The notes under the pieces are model-generated. The model did no database searches. It had not been told where the DNA came from and saw only the letters and a list, made by a program, of their open reading frames with translations. Shown here piece after piece: positions 42,229 through 42,288 of a DNA stretch of 42,288 nucleotides. This stretch comes from Syntrophobacterales bacterium (GTDB taxonomy: Bacteria > Desulfobacterota > Syntrophia > Syntrophales > UBA6807). Position numbers and translations under genes: made by a program. Positions within the stretch are counted from its first letter, which is position 1; every line of letters starts with the position of its first letter. The stretch is from positions 1 through 42,288 of the forward strand of contig JAGGSD010000108.1 in the NCBI GenBank assembly GCA_021159265.1. The letters run 5' to 3'.

Positions 42229-42288
42229 AACTGGAAATTCGAAGCACTAAATGCGAAACAAATCCGAATTTCTAATATTCAAATGTTC
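42229..42288. repeat. Copy of the CGAAAT-rich repeat family upstream of glyQ (truncated by the window end)
   Basis: GAAATTCGAAGCACTAAATGCGAAACAAATCCGAATTTCTAATATTCAAATGTTC is the inverted counterpart of 41120-41178. Confidence 0.6.

Noticed and set aside
42070-42288. T-box or other leader RNA upstream of glyQ
   Set aside because: I saw no specifier-loop or T-box consensus (AANNNGGGTGGTACCGCG-like). The region is occupied by the repeat family, and the window ends too early to judge.

Overview
This 42.3-kb window looks like a Desulfobacterota-style genome, but that taxonomic guess rests only on gene content and repeat families. Almost all of it is one large catabolic acyl-CoA locus on the + strand.

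Gene order:
- Left end: a Bacillus-type FadE/FadN/FadA beta-oxidation trio, a convergent acyl-CoA dehydrogenase (ACAD) with an isovaleryl-CoA-dehydrogenase signature, and a divergent TetR regulator.
- 8.6-33.4 kb: a long co-directional gene array with four paralogous B12-dependent acyl-CoA mutase large subunits. Each has its own DxHxxG cobalamin-binding small subunit, but there is only one MeaB-type G3E chaperone.
- Interleaved in that array: an HMG-CoA-synthase-like/DUF35 fusion, an SCP-x-type thiolase, an MmgE/PrpD protein, and two TRAP transporters with three DctP binding proteins. One transporter sits between mutase 4 and its presumed small subunit.
- Also in the array: an AMP-forming CoA ligase, an SDR and a MaoC hot-dog pair.
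- 33.9-37.8 kb: a Liu-type module (methylcrotonyl-CoA-carboxylase-beta-like carboxyltransferase, methylglutaconyl-CoA hydratase, divergent HMG-CoA-lyase-like enzyme) with no biotin carboxylase or biotin carboxyl carrier protein (BCCP) gene.
- Right end: a nitrilase-superfamily gene, then housekeeping glyS and glyQ on the - strand.

Main signals:
- By eye alignment, three of the four mutases carry specificity-residue combinations I cannot assign to MCM, ICM, HCM or ECM.
- The intergenic regions hold several families of palindromic, MITE-like repeats. Three copies have clear 8-9 bp direct-repeat flanks, and one of them truncated a B12-subunit gene and uncoupled it from the next mutase gene.

I found no rRNA, tRNA, CRISPR array or transposase. 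All motif alignments were made by eye, without tools.
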